From positions 119,598,001 through 119,662,000 of the forward strand of contig NC_091472.1 of the NCBI RefSeq assembly GCF_036971445.1: 64,000 nt of DNA. Reading direction: 5' to 3'. This document shows, one piece after another, positions 24,985 through 38,164 of this stretch. Position 1 is the first letter of the stretch. Every line of letters begins with the position of its first letter. The stretch comes from Narcine bancroftii (lineage: Eukaryota). A program made the position numbers and the translations under genes. Below the pieces are notes generated by a model, which did not search any database, was not told the DNA's origin, and saw only the letters and a list, made by a program, of their open reading frames with translations.

Positions 24985-26115
24985 TGTGAGGCAGAAGAGC
25001 TGTGAGGTCATGGACCCTATGCAGATTACAGAGGAGGAGGTGTTGCTGTCTTGAGGTAAATAAAGATGGATAAATCCCCAGGGCCAGACAGGATACTCCC
25101 TCAGACTATAAGGGAGGCTAGTGCAGAAATTACAGGGGCCCTGTGTGGTGAATCTCTGCTAAGCTGTCTGTCTTCCCTTCGGCGAGCCTTGCTGTACTAA
25201 TGTTGGCTGTGCATTATTTCTACTGTTAAGGACACTCCTCTTGGGTATAACTGTATATGCACACATTGTCTTTCATTATTGTACCATTAGTTTCTGCTAA
25301 TTAAAGCCATGATTATTGCTTGACCACATCGTCTTTGTCTACTTCATCAACTGGCACTTCACCCTGGCAGAGGTATTTAGCCATGGGTAAGGTGCCAGAT
25401 GATTATAGGAAAACTAATGTTGTTCTTTTGTTTATGAAAAGCTCTCACTATAATCCGGGTACTTTTAGGCCGGTGAGCCTATATCAGTAGTGATAAGTTA
25501 TTGGAAGGTATTCTAAGAGACCAAATATATATAAGACACAGGGACTGATTATGATAGTCAACATGGCTCTGTGCATTGTAAGCCATAGCTAACCAATGAA
25601 GGAGAGACTGTGTGTATTGTCTACATGGGCTTTAGTAAGGCTTTTGCAAAGGTCCCACATGGGATGTTGGTTAAGAAGTTCAATCGCTTGGTTTCCAGGA
25701 TGAGGCAGTAAATTGGATTAGACATTGGCTTTGCAGGAGAAGTCAAAGAGTGGTAGTAGATGATTGCCTGACTGATTGGTGGCCTGTGACTAGTTGCGTG
25801 CCTCAGGAATTGGTGCTGGGCTCATTGTTGTTTGTTGTCTATATCATTGATCTGGATGATAACATGGTAAATTGGGTAAGGAAATTTGCAGATGACACTA
25901 AGACTAGGGGTGTAGGGGACAGAAAGGAAGACTTTCAAAGCTTGCAGAGGGATCCGGATCCGCTGGAAAACTGGAATTTAATGCAGACAAGTGTAAGGTG
26001 TTGTACTAAGGGAGGGCAAACAGAGTAGGACTTAACATGGTTAAATGGCAGGCACTGATGGAACAGGAGGATCTTGGAATGCAGATACATAATTCCTTGA
26101 ATATGGCATCACAGT
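24985..26115 (+). mobile_element. Degenerate CR1 ORF2 RT fragment (host of the short solo LTR)
   Basis: VTSCVPQELVLGSLLFVVYIIDLD...KFADDTK...LQRD peptide. Confidence 0.85.
25144..25361 (+). mobile_element. Short solo LTR, 218 bp, 5-bp TSD CCCTG, inserted in a CR1 LINE
   Basis: TGTGGTG...CTTCA flanked by CCCTG at 25139-25143 and 25362-25366. Removing it restores the CR1 sequence ggggccctggcagag. Internal TATAA and ATTAAA. Confidence 0.75.
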
Positions 26116-26374
26116 TACCTTCTGTTAATGGGAGATGTAGCTGCACCTAAAATTGCTGCTGAGTTTATTCCTAGAGTAATTCACTGGCTAAGAAATGGTT
26201 TATAAGATATGACCGTGCTATTCAAGTTCAAATTAGTCTTATTTATATTGAGAATTGGAAAAGATAATTGGAAAAAAAGTTGAACAAAATAATTACACAA
26301 ATTGGTAGCCGCAGATAAACTCCTTTCAAAATCCAAAATGAATGTCTTCTCGGCATTATATGAAATCCAGGGTT

Positions 26375-26905
26375 AAATACCTGGGTGTCAATATCTCAGA
26401 GGATCTATCCTGCAGCCTCCATGTCAATGCTATCTTGAAGATTGACACTATACGTCCATACTTTGTAAGAATTTGAGGAGATTTGGTGTGTCACTGAAGA
26501 AAACATCCACAAGTGGAGAGCATTCTGATTGGTTGCATCACTGTCTGGTATGTAGTGCCAATGCTCAGGACAAGAAAAAGCTCCAGAGAGTTGTTAACTT
26601 GGCCTCAAGCACCAGTTTTTTACTCCATTGAGAACACCTCCAAGAGGTGGTGTCTTAAGAAAGCAGCCTCTATCCTTAAAGACCCCCACCATCCAAGCAT
26701 TGCTCTCTTCACTCTGCTACCATCTGAAGACGAGCACTCAGCAACACAAGGACATATTCTTCCCCTCTGCCATCAGATTCCTGAATGAACAATGAACCAA
26801 AGTCATGGCCTTATTTTGACTTTTCTTGCACTTTTTTATTTATTCTGTAAAATAGTTTATACAAATGTTTGCACTGTGATTCTGCCCCAAAGCAACAAAT
26901 TCTGA
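26375..26905 (+). mobile_element. Rex-type LINE 3' fragment
   Basis: ESILIGCITVWY...CLKKAASILKDPHHP peptide. Confidence 0.75.
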
Positions 26906-29296
26906 TAAATATCCAAAAATGAAATAATTATCTAAAATCCTTCCATCCAAGAAATTATACACAGAGGGCTATTCAGCTCATTGCATTTGTACTACACCTT
27001 TTCTCTCATTGATTTCCAGAATTTTATGCTTTCTTTCATATTTCCAGGATCTGCAGGGTTTTTTAAAAAATTTGTGTCAAAAGCTGAAGCTTCTTCAATT
27101 TATCCTATTTTTCAGCTCAGTGTTTGTAATCTTGGAGGTTGCTGGTGTTTTTAATACAGCACAAGTTTCTACCTCCTCCATTCCTCCAGCTCGTGAATTC
27201 CAGATCCCTGGTAAGCTTTTGATGAACAAGAATTTCCATAACTTTTTCTGAATTATTTTACCAATTACCTTAAATCTCTGCCTGCTTACGTTCACCCTCT
27301 CTTCCAAGGGAAACAGCTACTTCCAGTTCAACAAGTTTAGACCTGGGAAGAAGTCGATTTTGTTTTCTCATAGCTGTTTCAATGATTAAGCTGGTGGTGT
27401 CGGATTCCATAGAATCTCACAAAAGACAATTAAATGTCAGACTTGAAACCAGTCAACCTGCAGATACAGCGGAGAGTTGAGTTGTGGAACTATACTGAAA
27501 TATACTTTCAAAGAACTGACACAGAGATGATCTCTGTTAATTTTCAAACTTTAACGAATCTAAATGCAATAATTTTTTTAATTTCCCATGTAAAAGGAAT
27601 TTTAAACATCTAAATAGAGCTGCACTTGTCCAAACAAGGATTTTTGTAATTGCTTGGCCATTCTGTTGGCATTCTAACTTACATATTCTGTAACGACTGT
27701 GTATGAGGATAAACTGGATACTTTCTTTTAGTGAACCTGGTGTTTTAACTCAATTTGTACAATGACCAAATTGGGAGATGAAAACACAATGCTCAGGCAA
27801 AGCTGACAAGATGCTTCCTCTCTGAACCAGGCACAACCCAACATCAATTAGTGGCTAATTGCTCTTTCTGCTGAATATTTCTCTCAATTGGCAGCTGCTT
27901 GGTTATTTTCCTCAGAGAGAAGCTCCATTATCTCACAACCAGAAAAAAATAAATCAGCAGGAAATAACTGATTCTCTTCCTTTTTTTTAAAGAGATTGCT
28001 CACTTACAATTTGGTATGTTCATACAAAGCTGAAGATCTGGAGTGATTGGGAAATAGTGAATGCAAGTTTTTATATCAATCTGATTTCTTAAAGCTGACA
28101 ATTGTTGTTGAGCACACTTTTGCTACTTTCACAAGAACACCTACAATTAGTTGACAATGTTGGGGAATATTGATGCATTCAGTGCGAAAATCTAGTTGTG
28201 AGGTTCATCCCTCATTAAACACAGCAGTTATATGGCTCTAATATTTGTATGGTTGTGTGGTATAAGTACAAATTATCAGACATTTCAACTCCTCCAAGTA
28301 AATTGATAATCAATCACTTCACTCCAGCTGTTCCAACACTGATGTTTTTAATTTTGATGTCACTTTGAAATCTTATTATTTTGTTTTAACATGGAAATCA
28401 CAATATTAATTACAAGTCCGAATCAACATAGCACAGGAAATTCATATTTAAACTGGAGGCAGTTTGATTCTGCAGCAGCTAAGTCAACATTTGAAATGAT
28501 CTGTGGCCACATCACAAGTGTGCATTGTGGCATTATTAAACGTTAGTTAGTATTTAGTGTACTGTTTTTCTTAGCCCAATTGTTAATGGAGTTTACAGTC
28601 TAAAAGCAGCGAGCACCTTCTATACCAGTGTTAGGCTCTATGTGAATCTGCTACTGTCCTTATTCTTTCTCCACATCCAGCTTTCCCAGAAAGACAGCTG
28701 TGATTTTCAGTTCACCGTACCACTGATCTCTCGCTGTAAACTTTCCTACTGAGTATGAAATGTCTAACTGATCTGATCGCAAAACAACCTCTCATCACTG
28801 CATTTTTGATACATGGGACAATAAATTTGAACTTGAACTCTGGCCAGTGATTCTCATTGGAACATAGAACAGTACAGAACAGGAACAAGCCCTTCCCTGT
28901 GGAAAATATTCATTGCCTTCACCCTATGCTCTCCCAGCCCCAAATGATGAGCTTCTAACAATGAAAATTATTTCTTATTTCTGTGTCTCACCACATTTCC
29001 GAACCCTTGCTATCCCAAGAATTACTCTCAGCCCTGCAACACCCATTATTGTCCCGCCGAGGATCAGAAGTCTGCTTTGAATCCTATCTGCTCTGGTCTC
29101 AGTGCATTCAACCGTCTGTCCCTTCACAGCGCTCTCCTGATTATGATATTTCCCTTTAATCCACCACGTGGTCCTAATATCTTCTTTAGTAGTTCAGTCG
29201 GTATTTTTGTTTTGATAACCCTACTTTTTGGGATTTATCTCGGAAAGGTGCGATACCCATGAAATCTGCCGCTGCTTGGGTTGCTGTTAGAGGAGT

Positions 29297-29327
29297 TGCA
29301 GGATCTGAGTCGGCCGCTAGATGGCGG
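29297..29327 (+). promoter_or_regulatory. CTCF binding motif (core plus upstream motif)
   Basis: TGCAGGATC-N5-CGG-CCGCTAGATGGCGG. The core (29314-29327) closely fits the CTCF consensus and the upstream TGCAG module has the typical spacing. Confidence 0.65.
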
Positions 29328-32300
29328 TCGCTGGTCATTTTAGAAGGAGAGTGAGCTGGTCCACTCGTTTGCAGGACCAGCAGAGATGTATCAATAAATA
29401 TTTCACTTAGAACATCTTTAGGAGCTGCAACAAGTCACAAGCATCTAACTAATCGTTGCACGTCTTCAAAGAGTGCCCTCGCTTTGATCTGTGGATTACA
29501 TATTGGAATATAATGTATTTGTTCATCTCCTTTGCCCAGAGGGTTGGCCAGATCTTTTCGGTGAAACCGAATTTCTCTTTGGATGCCTTGCACCGAGCCA
29601 GGGGGAACTTGGCGCGGTTCAAAATTCGGTGCCACCTCGCACTAGACTCCACTAATCGGCGTCCCGGCTTCCAAGTACAGTTCTAGAAATGGGTGGGGGG
29701 GGGGGTGGGGGCAAAGATACAGGTCACTTTCAGCCGCACACAACGTGTTGAAGGAACTCAGCATCACTGGATGGTCAACTTCTTTGGGGGGTCGGAGCTC
29801 TTCATCCAGATTAGGATCTCAACCTTTCATTTGGCTGCGGCCCAAGTAAGCGCTCGCCGTGGTAACACTCTGTTGGCCCACTTTGGCAAAGCAGACACCA
29901 AAAGAAGGAAGCCTGTAATTTTAAAGGGCGATTCCCTCTGCACGCGTGGGATAGTTTAATGCCACCAGCAATAGTGTGGATTCGGTGCAAACCAAGAGAA
30001 GCCGGAGGGACTCCGCGTGACAGGCAGAGAAATGGGCAGTCAGGGTCGGGGCTGGGAGACTCCATCCTGACCACCTCTCCCCGCCAACGCTGTCTGCCCC
30101 TCTGAGTCCCTCCCTTCTCATCGTCCCCTCGGGATCCAGTATTAGCAGTTCTTGCGTTCCTCGCGTGTGGGTCCAGCGCCCGGTTTAACGTGGAGGCAGG
30201 CAGGGGAGCTGCTCACACAACACCGATGAAACCGTGTCGCTAACCCGGTGACACGGTAGAAGTGTTATGGCGCGGGGAGGCCAATTGTTCCATCGGAACA
30301 ATGCCGGCTCTTGGTCGCGCAATCCCACCAACTCTTCTCTCAAGCCTCGCCCACTATCTTCAGAGCCTAACTTCTGATGAAAAACTCTGAAATGTTCACC
30401 CGCTTTTCCCTCCACAGGCGCTGCCTGGTCTGACGAATGGCCCAGGCTCGAAAATGTTGGTTCCTCTGGATGCTGCGTGGCCTGCTGAGTTTCTCCGGCA
30501 CGTTTGTGTCTCACGCTGTCTGGTCTGCCAGCGCTTTCCCCTTTTGTTCACAACTTCCCCTTTCATTGTCTGGGTTTTCTCTCCCCGGGGCAGTGAATCT
30601 CGGGTGGCCAATACTTTCCATCTTTTTACTTGGACTCTCTCGCGTCCGTTTCCCCAGTATTTCGAATATTGACCCGTCCAGAGAACTGCAACCCCATGGA
30701 TTAAAGTGCAAAGTTGGTCTCTTCCAATGTCCAGAAAATAACATTTTTATAGATTATCTACCAACCAAAACAATTACTGCCAAACGCTGGGGTCATTCCA
30801 ATCACTTGATTCTAAAGGGCCAAAGAGACGAGGGTGCATTTGAATTAATTTCGATCACTCAGTGATGTTTTGAAAGCAACGACATCTGAGTTTCACAGAA
30901 CCTCTGAGATGAATTAATGAGAATCTGTAGCGAATGTTTTAAAAAATAATAATTCCTACACTGTGTATATTCAAGTGTGTATTTTGGTCAGTAGGGTTCA
31001 TAGTGTGAAAAAAAACTACTAAAGAACTAACTGGAAAAGAAAGCAAATAGATGGCATGTTGTAACAAACGTGGCCTATACATTCAATGGGGGCAACACTG
31101 ACTTCACGGATTCATGTTGCGAATAAATCAACAAGTGGCAGGTTCTCCGTTCACCCCGCGCAACCATCAGTCCGACCACCTCGGCATGACATCAGTTCTC
31201 AGCATGTCTGGCTGGGTCGTGATCCGGCCCGGTGGTCGCTTTCATCTAATTTCTCCCGATTCTACTTGTTTCAAATGACAGTATATGTTTTGAGCGATAT
31301 CCCGAATGAAAAACGAAATCGGGGCAAGACATTCGGATAATAGTTGACAATGAGAAGTGGCGACGGTAGACGCAACCTATTGGAATGACAAGATTGCTTT
31401 CAACGTCGATTGACACATATCTGAAACCTGCTAATTGTTCCGAATTGTTTCACTCTGCTCCATTAACTCTGGATACCAATAGTAACGGTCTGAAAATTCA
31501 CCCCATTTACGCCCGCGGCTCCCCGTTGGGTCAATCGCGTAAACCCAACCCGACTGCAAAATGTTCTCCCGGGAGAAATTGGTGGAAAAGTGGGGTGGGA
31601 GGAGCGAATTACGAACTCGCCGGGTCCGAATCAGTCAGCATCACGAAAACGGGTACATTCCCGGTGGGGTTCCCTACATCGCAATGGAGACCGCGCTTCA
31701 GAACGAATTCATTGGGTTCAAAAGCTTTGGGAAGAGTAGAAATCTTGAAAAACACGAAAAGAATACAAGCCATTGCAAGTCCCGAATTTCAACCACCTCG
31801 CGGAGTTGATACAGCTTTGCATAATTGGTTAGTTTTATTACAAATATATACTTAATTTATAATCATATATATGCAACCATGTCTTTCCTGGATTAATTGT
31901 ACCATCTAATCAATATACTCCCTGAAGTGTGTCAAGTACAATTATGTTTCGAGTTGGTAATAATTAATGGTGCTGTCATTGATGAAGTTAGAATTAGTGA
32001 GCTGCGCTCTCCCACAGGACCGCTGCGGCAACTACCCTGTTTCAACCCCATGTCCAATGTTGTTGTCCCTCTTAACAGCTGTGTACTGTCGGCTATAGCT
32101 GAGAAATGGAACCTGGACAAACACACAGCTGGGTTACCGGAACGGAAAAGTTTGTCCCTCTCAACCTGACCATCTTCCTGAAGCGAGAACATGGAGTCCA
32201 GCTCCATCTCACACGAAGGGACGGCCGACCCACCCCCGGTTTCCGCCTGCCTTTCCCTTTACAGGAAGGAGCTAGCAGCAGGACATTAACTTTCCCACTA

Positions 32301-35300
32301 TTCATCAGAGCGGGGAATGGGTGGGGAGGGGTTGGGAGAGGGGAGGCTGGAGCCAGGGGCAGGGTCTCTAGCCCGTCCAGGTGGGATACTGAGCAGTTCT
32401 CTGCGTTTTCTCCTAGTCTTGTGCCATTGCAATGTAATAGCCCAATAATGAGCCATGCTGCAGTTACTGATCGTATATCCGTCTCTCTGCTTTATCTATT
32501 CTCTCTATCTCTATATGCGATCGATCTATCTGTTTTTTCTCAGTCTGTGAAATATCCCTTTTTCCTCGCTGCTCAGTTCCCATTTTCCTCCTTCCTCGCA
32601 GAATCTTCCATCCATTCTGCCTCTTGTCACGTTTCCCCTTTCTCTCCCTCTCTCTGCCCATTCTTACACGCTCTCCCCCCCCCCCCCTTTCCACCTTCCT
32701 CACCACCTGCTATTTCCAGAGCCCGAATCCCAGCGACACAACATGCCCCACCATGTGGGACAATCCTCTGTGTCCTCTTTGCTTAATAAAAATTACACAC
32801 ATTTCACCAGTTTCCGGCGATCCCTTGAACCCGGCGTAGAAGACGATGGACCAAGTGGGGTTAACGCCCTGTTTCGATGGAGATGTTTCTGCCACTCGAT
32901 AGCTCAGGGACAGTTTTCTCGATTTGTTTCCTGTGACTGCAACAAGCAAGAGTTTGATGCATTTCTAATTCATACTTCTTAAAATTTCAGATGCATTTAA
33001 AATAATGACATAACATTTCTACATGATCCAGGCCAACGGTTCCACGTCCGGCGTCCCACACTATCCCTTTCTCATCCTGTTCTGCCTTCCTTCAGCTCTC
33101 AACCCGCAGTCTTTGTGTTCTCTGGGGAAGGAATTTTTTTGTTAGTTGCATGATTGCTGGTGATTCTAAAGTGGATTAGAAGATCACCCGTCTCACACTC
33201 TCCCATCTTCTTTTTCTTCACTCCCATCCTCCGTCTATAAAGCAATGCAGATCCCTTCCAATGCCGTTCCACGATAACGCGGTTTATTGCGCGCATTGGC
33301 GAATCACCTGGACACCGACAGGAGCAAAGGGACAGTATCGGGTGACCAGCATGGAAGCGTTGGGCTGAATGGCCTGGATTAGTGTGGAAACATCATGTTT
33401 TCTTTTATATCTTGAATATGGTCACTCGCATAAAAGTGTCCTTTTTTAAACTAAAGAAGACCATTGAAATCTGCGGTGTGGGTTAGTTGCATTCTATTAT
33501 ATTCTAGATCCTAGTGAAATCACGGAGAGAAACCATTGGAAAATTATGGAGACTAACAATCTGGTTTACACCTTCACATTAAACGGTGGGCGAGATCCAG
33601 ACCCGCAGAATTTTGCTTAATTTGGAATGTCAAAGCATTGGAGTCCGTGTACGGAATTCGGTGGATTTCTATCACCGGAGTCAGTTCCACAATAACTGAG
33701 ATGCCCTCGGCCGGGAACTGGACAGACATCGGAACAAACTACTGGACAGCCTCGAACAGACAGAACCGTCTCAGTCCCAACCCGCCACCGCTTCTCATCA
33801 ACACAACTCGCCACTAACGGACGATAGGGAAAGAGAGGTCCTATTAATGACATCTCCATTAGAACAGTTGACGCACCAAATTTTTCCTCAAACGAGAAAA
33901 CCTTGAAGTCGCTCGTTGTGGAAAGCTCGTTGGTCCTAGTTTTGAATCGGCTTTCCCAGTTTTACATTTTCCAAACACTATTATATCTCTTGCTAAGTTG
34001 TCAACCTTTGCCAACCTCCCAGCGCATTATTAGTTCGAGAGCTAACCCGAGATACCCCGTGCAATGGAACAATGCACGCTTGATCTTAAACAAGGTCATT
34101 GTGCACACTCCGTTGCGAAGAATCCCAACTTGACATTAATTTCATGTAATGATACTAACAGAGCTGAATATATATGAATTGCAATTCTAAAGTATCAAGG
34201 GGATAACTTTTTAAAAAATATATAACATAAAATAGCATTGTTCTACATAACGTTGGATACACAACGTTCCATTTATAGAACATCTTTAACAAAATAAAGA
34301 ATCGACGCCAGGCGAAACAAGATAATTAACCACCTCAATGAGTTTATCAACTTTTTTTTTGGAGGGGGGTCTTTTGAAAATAAATTAATGACCACATAAA
34401 ATGGTAACAGAAAAAGAATGAATTAGAATTCATTGCCACAGTATCTTGTTCAACAAAAATGAAACTAAATCTATCGGGCCATGCTTCCAATCTCGAGATC
34501 TTCCTCGATTCCCGGCGTCATTAACTTCTCCCACATTCCACCATTTAAGCATCATATAAAGGTGGTTCAGCGGGACCAGAGAGATTTGTGAAGCCCCCGC
34601 TTTCCTCCTCAAGGAACCGCATCATAACCCAGATAGGAATCGAAGTTGGGAGCGTTTCTCTCTCTCTGAGCAGTAACCTATGCACACGTTGACCTCCTCA
34701 ACATTCGTATGCAAATATCCGTGGAAAATTCTGCGCCCAAATGTGGTTAGAAATTTCATACAACCCTCGAGCCGGAAAGCGTGATTGTTTGGTTTAAACC
34801 CAGTTAACATTTTCTCCTCTTGTACCACGACAGGAGAATAAACGGAGATCACAATTTTTTTAATGTATTGCAGTTTAATAATGCAAGTTGCATCCCAAAG
34901 GCACGATTGTGTATAATAATAGAATCGAGAACACAAAATAGTTACAGCACAGGAACAGATCTTTCTGCGCCGAACAGGATGGCCAATTTAAAGTAAAATG
35001 TATATCGCTCTATTTCCTGCATATTAGTGTATTTTACAAATATTTTATTCTGGAACAAATTCGTGGCGGGGATTCTGCCCATTCTTTTAATCGGATGAGG
35101 AGAATGAAGATACATGAAAGTCGCAAAGTCAGAGAAGATAGATAGCTCATATCTAAATAATTGAGGGAAACTCCGCTGTCATTTCACACACTTCCCTCTT
35201 TCTCGATCACTCAGACGAGGAAAGGTTTACCTCACTTGAGCCGCACCAGTTCTCACTTCTTTGCCGAAACACTCTCGCACAGTCCTTTTCAGACCCCGAG

Positions 35301-38164
35301 ACAAGCTGCGTTCTAGTTCACGCAACATTACGACTCACTTACACAGAAGCTCATTCCAGCCATCGACTTTGCAGGAGACCACAGCTGATTAATATTTCAA
35401 TGATGGGAAACGCATATTAATGGAGACCCCATGAGTACCCATGGGGTACTCATGATTGCGCCTGAACCGATAGAGTTATCTCCTTGGTGGTTCTTTCAGT
35501 CACATGGGCGCCAGACCAGGGAAGGATTGAAGATTTCTCTCTCTGAACTAATCCAGTTGTTTTGTGCAGCCTGTTCCTAATATTATTTTGTTTTGTTTAA
35601 ATCTAGGTTTGTGTAATTATTTGAATTTAAATGTTCAACTGTCTTTTGTCTCTGGTTCCATTGTCTTAACTCTTATTACGGTGTCATACCACCGCAAGGC
35701 TCCCCATCTGCAGACATCAGGACCAAGGATCATCTTGGAATGGCGTGGTCAGGAGAAGCGTTTAATTTTACCTTCTTTAACCCCCCCCCCCACTGCTGTA
35801 AACCATTACGAAAGACAAATATACCACTTCTTCCAAAACCCTCAAGCAACTACGACCATTATATACTCACGATTACAATGAAAGCCTCACCGGAAGGACA
35901 ATGTGCAGCAATAGAAAGGTTCTCTCTAAAATCTACTTCTTGTCCCCTCAACGATAGTCTCCAAACTAGTAAATACACATCAGTTTGATTGTTGAACATT
36001 TTACTCAGGAATCATGATTTATTGTGTCATGAACCAAACAAACAATTGCTGGAGGAACTCAACAGGTCGAGCAGCGTCTATGGGTAGAGATAGTCAATAA
36101 ATGTTTCAGGTGTGAACCCTTCATCAAGGTGTGTGCCTCTGTGTGCAGATATCTGTAAGAGAGAGAGACTATTTTAGCCCCCGACCTCAGCAGAATTGCA
36201 GGTGCATCAATGGGTTATTGTAATTTTTCGTGGAAATGTGATTCTCCAGAACAGGCGAACATTTCTTGCCATCCAAATAAACCACCCTCCTCCCGCCCGG
36301 CCACTTCTCCAACATTTAGTTTTACCAGACTCTGGAGCTCAGATACAAACAGCGGAGCGAGGAAGTCAGATTGCCAGCCATAGGCTCCTTCACAATGAGG
36401 GTTCGAAAATTTCAAAAGCTTCCGAGGAGTAACTGTGTCTTTGATCCACAAACACGCAACGAAGGAGCTTGTTTCGGCAGAGAGAAGAGTGGGCGTACGC
36501 CAAGGAAGCATGATCACTCGGAATTAGTCTGTTCTCCTGAAATTCCTAAGTTCTTTCAATCTGCAAATGAAAACTATTTTAACATTTGTAGCAAGTTAGC
36601 TTTCCGAACCCCTACTATAGCTCAAGTGTATCCTGGGTGATGTCAGCCCCCCCCCCCCCCCACTGCGCATCCCAATTCACGCCGTTTCCCTCACACTTTT
36701 ATCCAACACTTATCAATTGATATCGATCCTGAAGCCTCCCCGATCCGCCACACAAAGTTCAGGCATCTCCTAATTTGCCCGAAAGAATGTCTCCTCAACT
36801 AATTCTTGGGTTGAATTATGTGGATTAGTAAACTAAAATAATTGTCGAAATTGATTTGCTTCTATGGAATAACGTGTTCTTTAAAATAGTCGTGCCATTC
36901 TATATTTTATTCAGAGACCAACTTCATTGAGATCAGGTCTAACACTCGCAGTCCTGACGGACATTTCCGACGGGTTCTGATTTTACTCTGAACTCTCATG
37001 CTATGTGTTGTGAAATGATAACTAAAATCACTTTCCAGCGCCTTTGGAATTAATAGGGTAGACAGTCAGAATCTTTTTTTTCCCCCCTCAGGTAAAAATG
37101 TCACGTACCAGGAGACATGCGTTAAAAGCGAAGGAGTGGGGTGGGGTGTCTCGAATGGGCCGCAAGGGGTAGTGATGGAAACAGATTCGATAATAGCTTT
37201 TAGAGGCTTCCAAATCCATGCATTAGAGATTTAGTTTAACTTGGCATCGTGTTTTGCCGAAGGGCCTGTTCTTGTGCGGTACTGTTCAATATGGTTAAAA
37301 GACCACACGAAACCTGGTGAAGTATTTACCCAACCATTTTATGTTTTGACATAACAAGAAGATCGTACGGGGTTTGTAGATGATATATCCCCGTGGGCTT
37401 TAGATTTTCCTGCAATTTCCAATAATTTGTTAAGCGAGGGCCACCGCGCCATAAAATCTGTAGTCGCTTTCATAATAGGGCTCGATTCAATAATTCCATC
37501 GTTGCCCCCTTGAATTTTTTACCCTGAGTTATGTTGTTAAAGGTCGGATTCCTTGGACGTTATCTCTGGTCAGTGTTCAAAGCGGATGTCTCTCCTGGAA
37601 AGATAACAGCACCGAACATTGTGCAGACGGCGAGTGGCAGGGAGAGAGGGGGCAGAATGTAATGTAGGAAGGTAGTTTTAATCCAACCGTTCCTTTTTTT
37701 TTCTAAGAATTGATGAACATATCAAGATGCAAACAGACTGACAGCCGGAAGCCGTCTCTTATGTCTGGGAGTGAATTTTTATAACAATGTAGATGGCCAT
37801 GAACTTATCCCTATTAATTGTTAACTTGTAGAGTGAAGCTGATCGGGCCGAGTGTTGGCCCCTGAATGACCTCGACAATGGCAGCGAACCCTTGAACACG
37901 GTAAAGAAGGTAACTCGTCAAAGTAGTTGGAAACCACAACCTTACGCACTCTGGAAATCTGAAATTAAACTAAAATACGCTGGAAGCGCTCAGCAGGTCA
38001 GGCAGCATCCGCGGTGAGAGAAACAGAGACAAGGTAACTCTGTCCACAAATGCAGTTCATTCTTCCCACGTTTTCCGACGGCTCCGTGCAAGACTTGCCG
38101 GAAAGAGAGGCTTCAAAAGATTGTATTCAGATCCATTTGGGGGCTTTAAAATAATTAGTCGATT

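Noticed and set aside
29449-29682. Minus-strand frame after ttctag| (NCTWKPGRRLVESSARW...LWAKEMNKYIIFQYV...), faintly like a helical-cytokine last exon and followed by ATTTATT
   Set aside because: The nearest upstream exon candidate (~29824-29912) has a stop in the only phase-compatible frame. Overlapping frames are equally open and the similarity is too weak. RNA-seq or HHpred could reopen it.
32106-32786. 226-aa plus-strand ORF
   Set aside because: Runs through pyrimidine-rich low-complexity sequence; no domain or splice support.
1-38000. GNB1L, the usual tail-to-tail neighbour of TBX1
   Set aside because: No WD40 or GNB1L peptide recognised in the ORF track or by eye. Short exons could have been missed.
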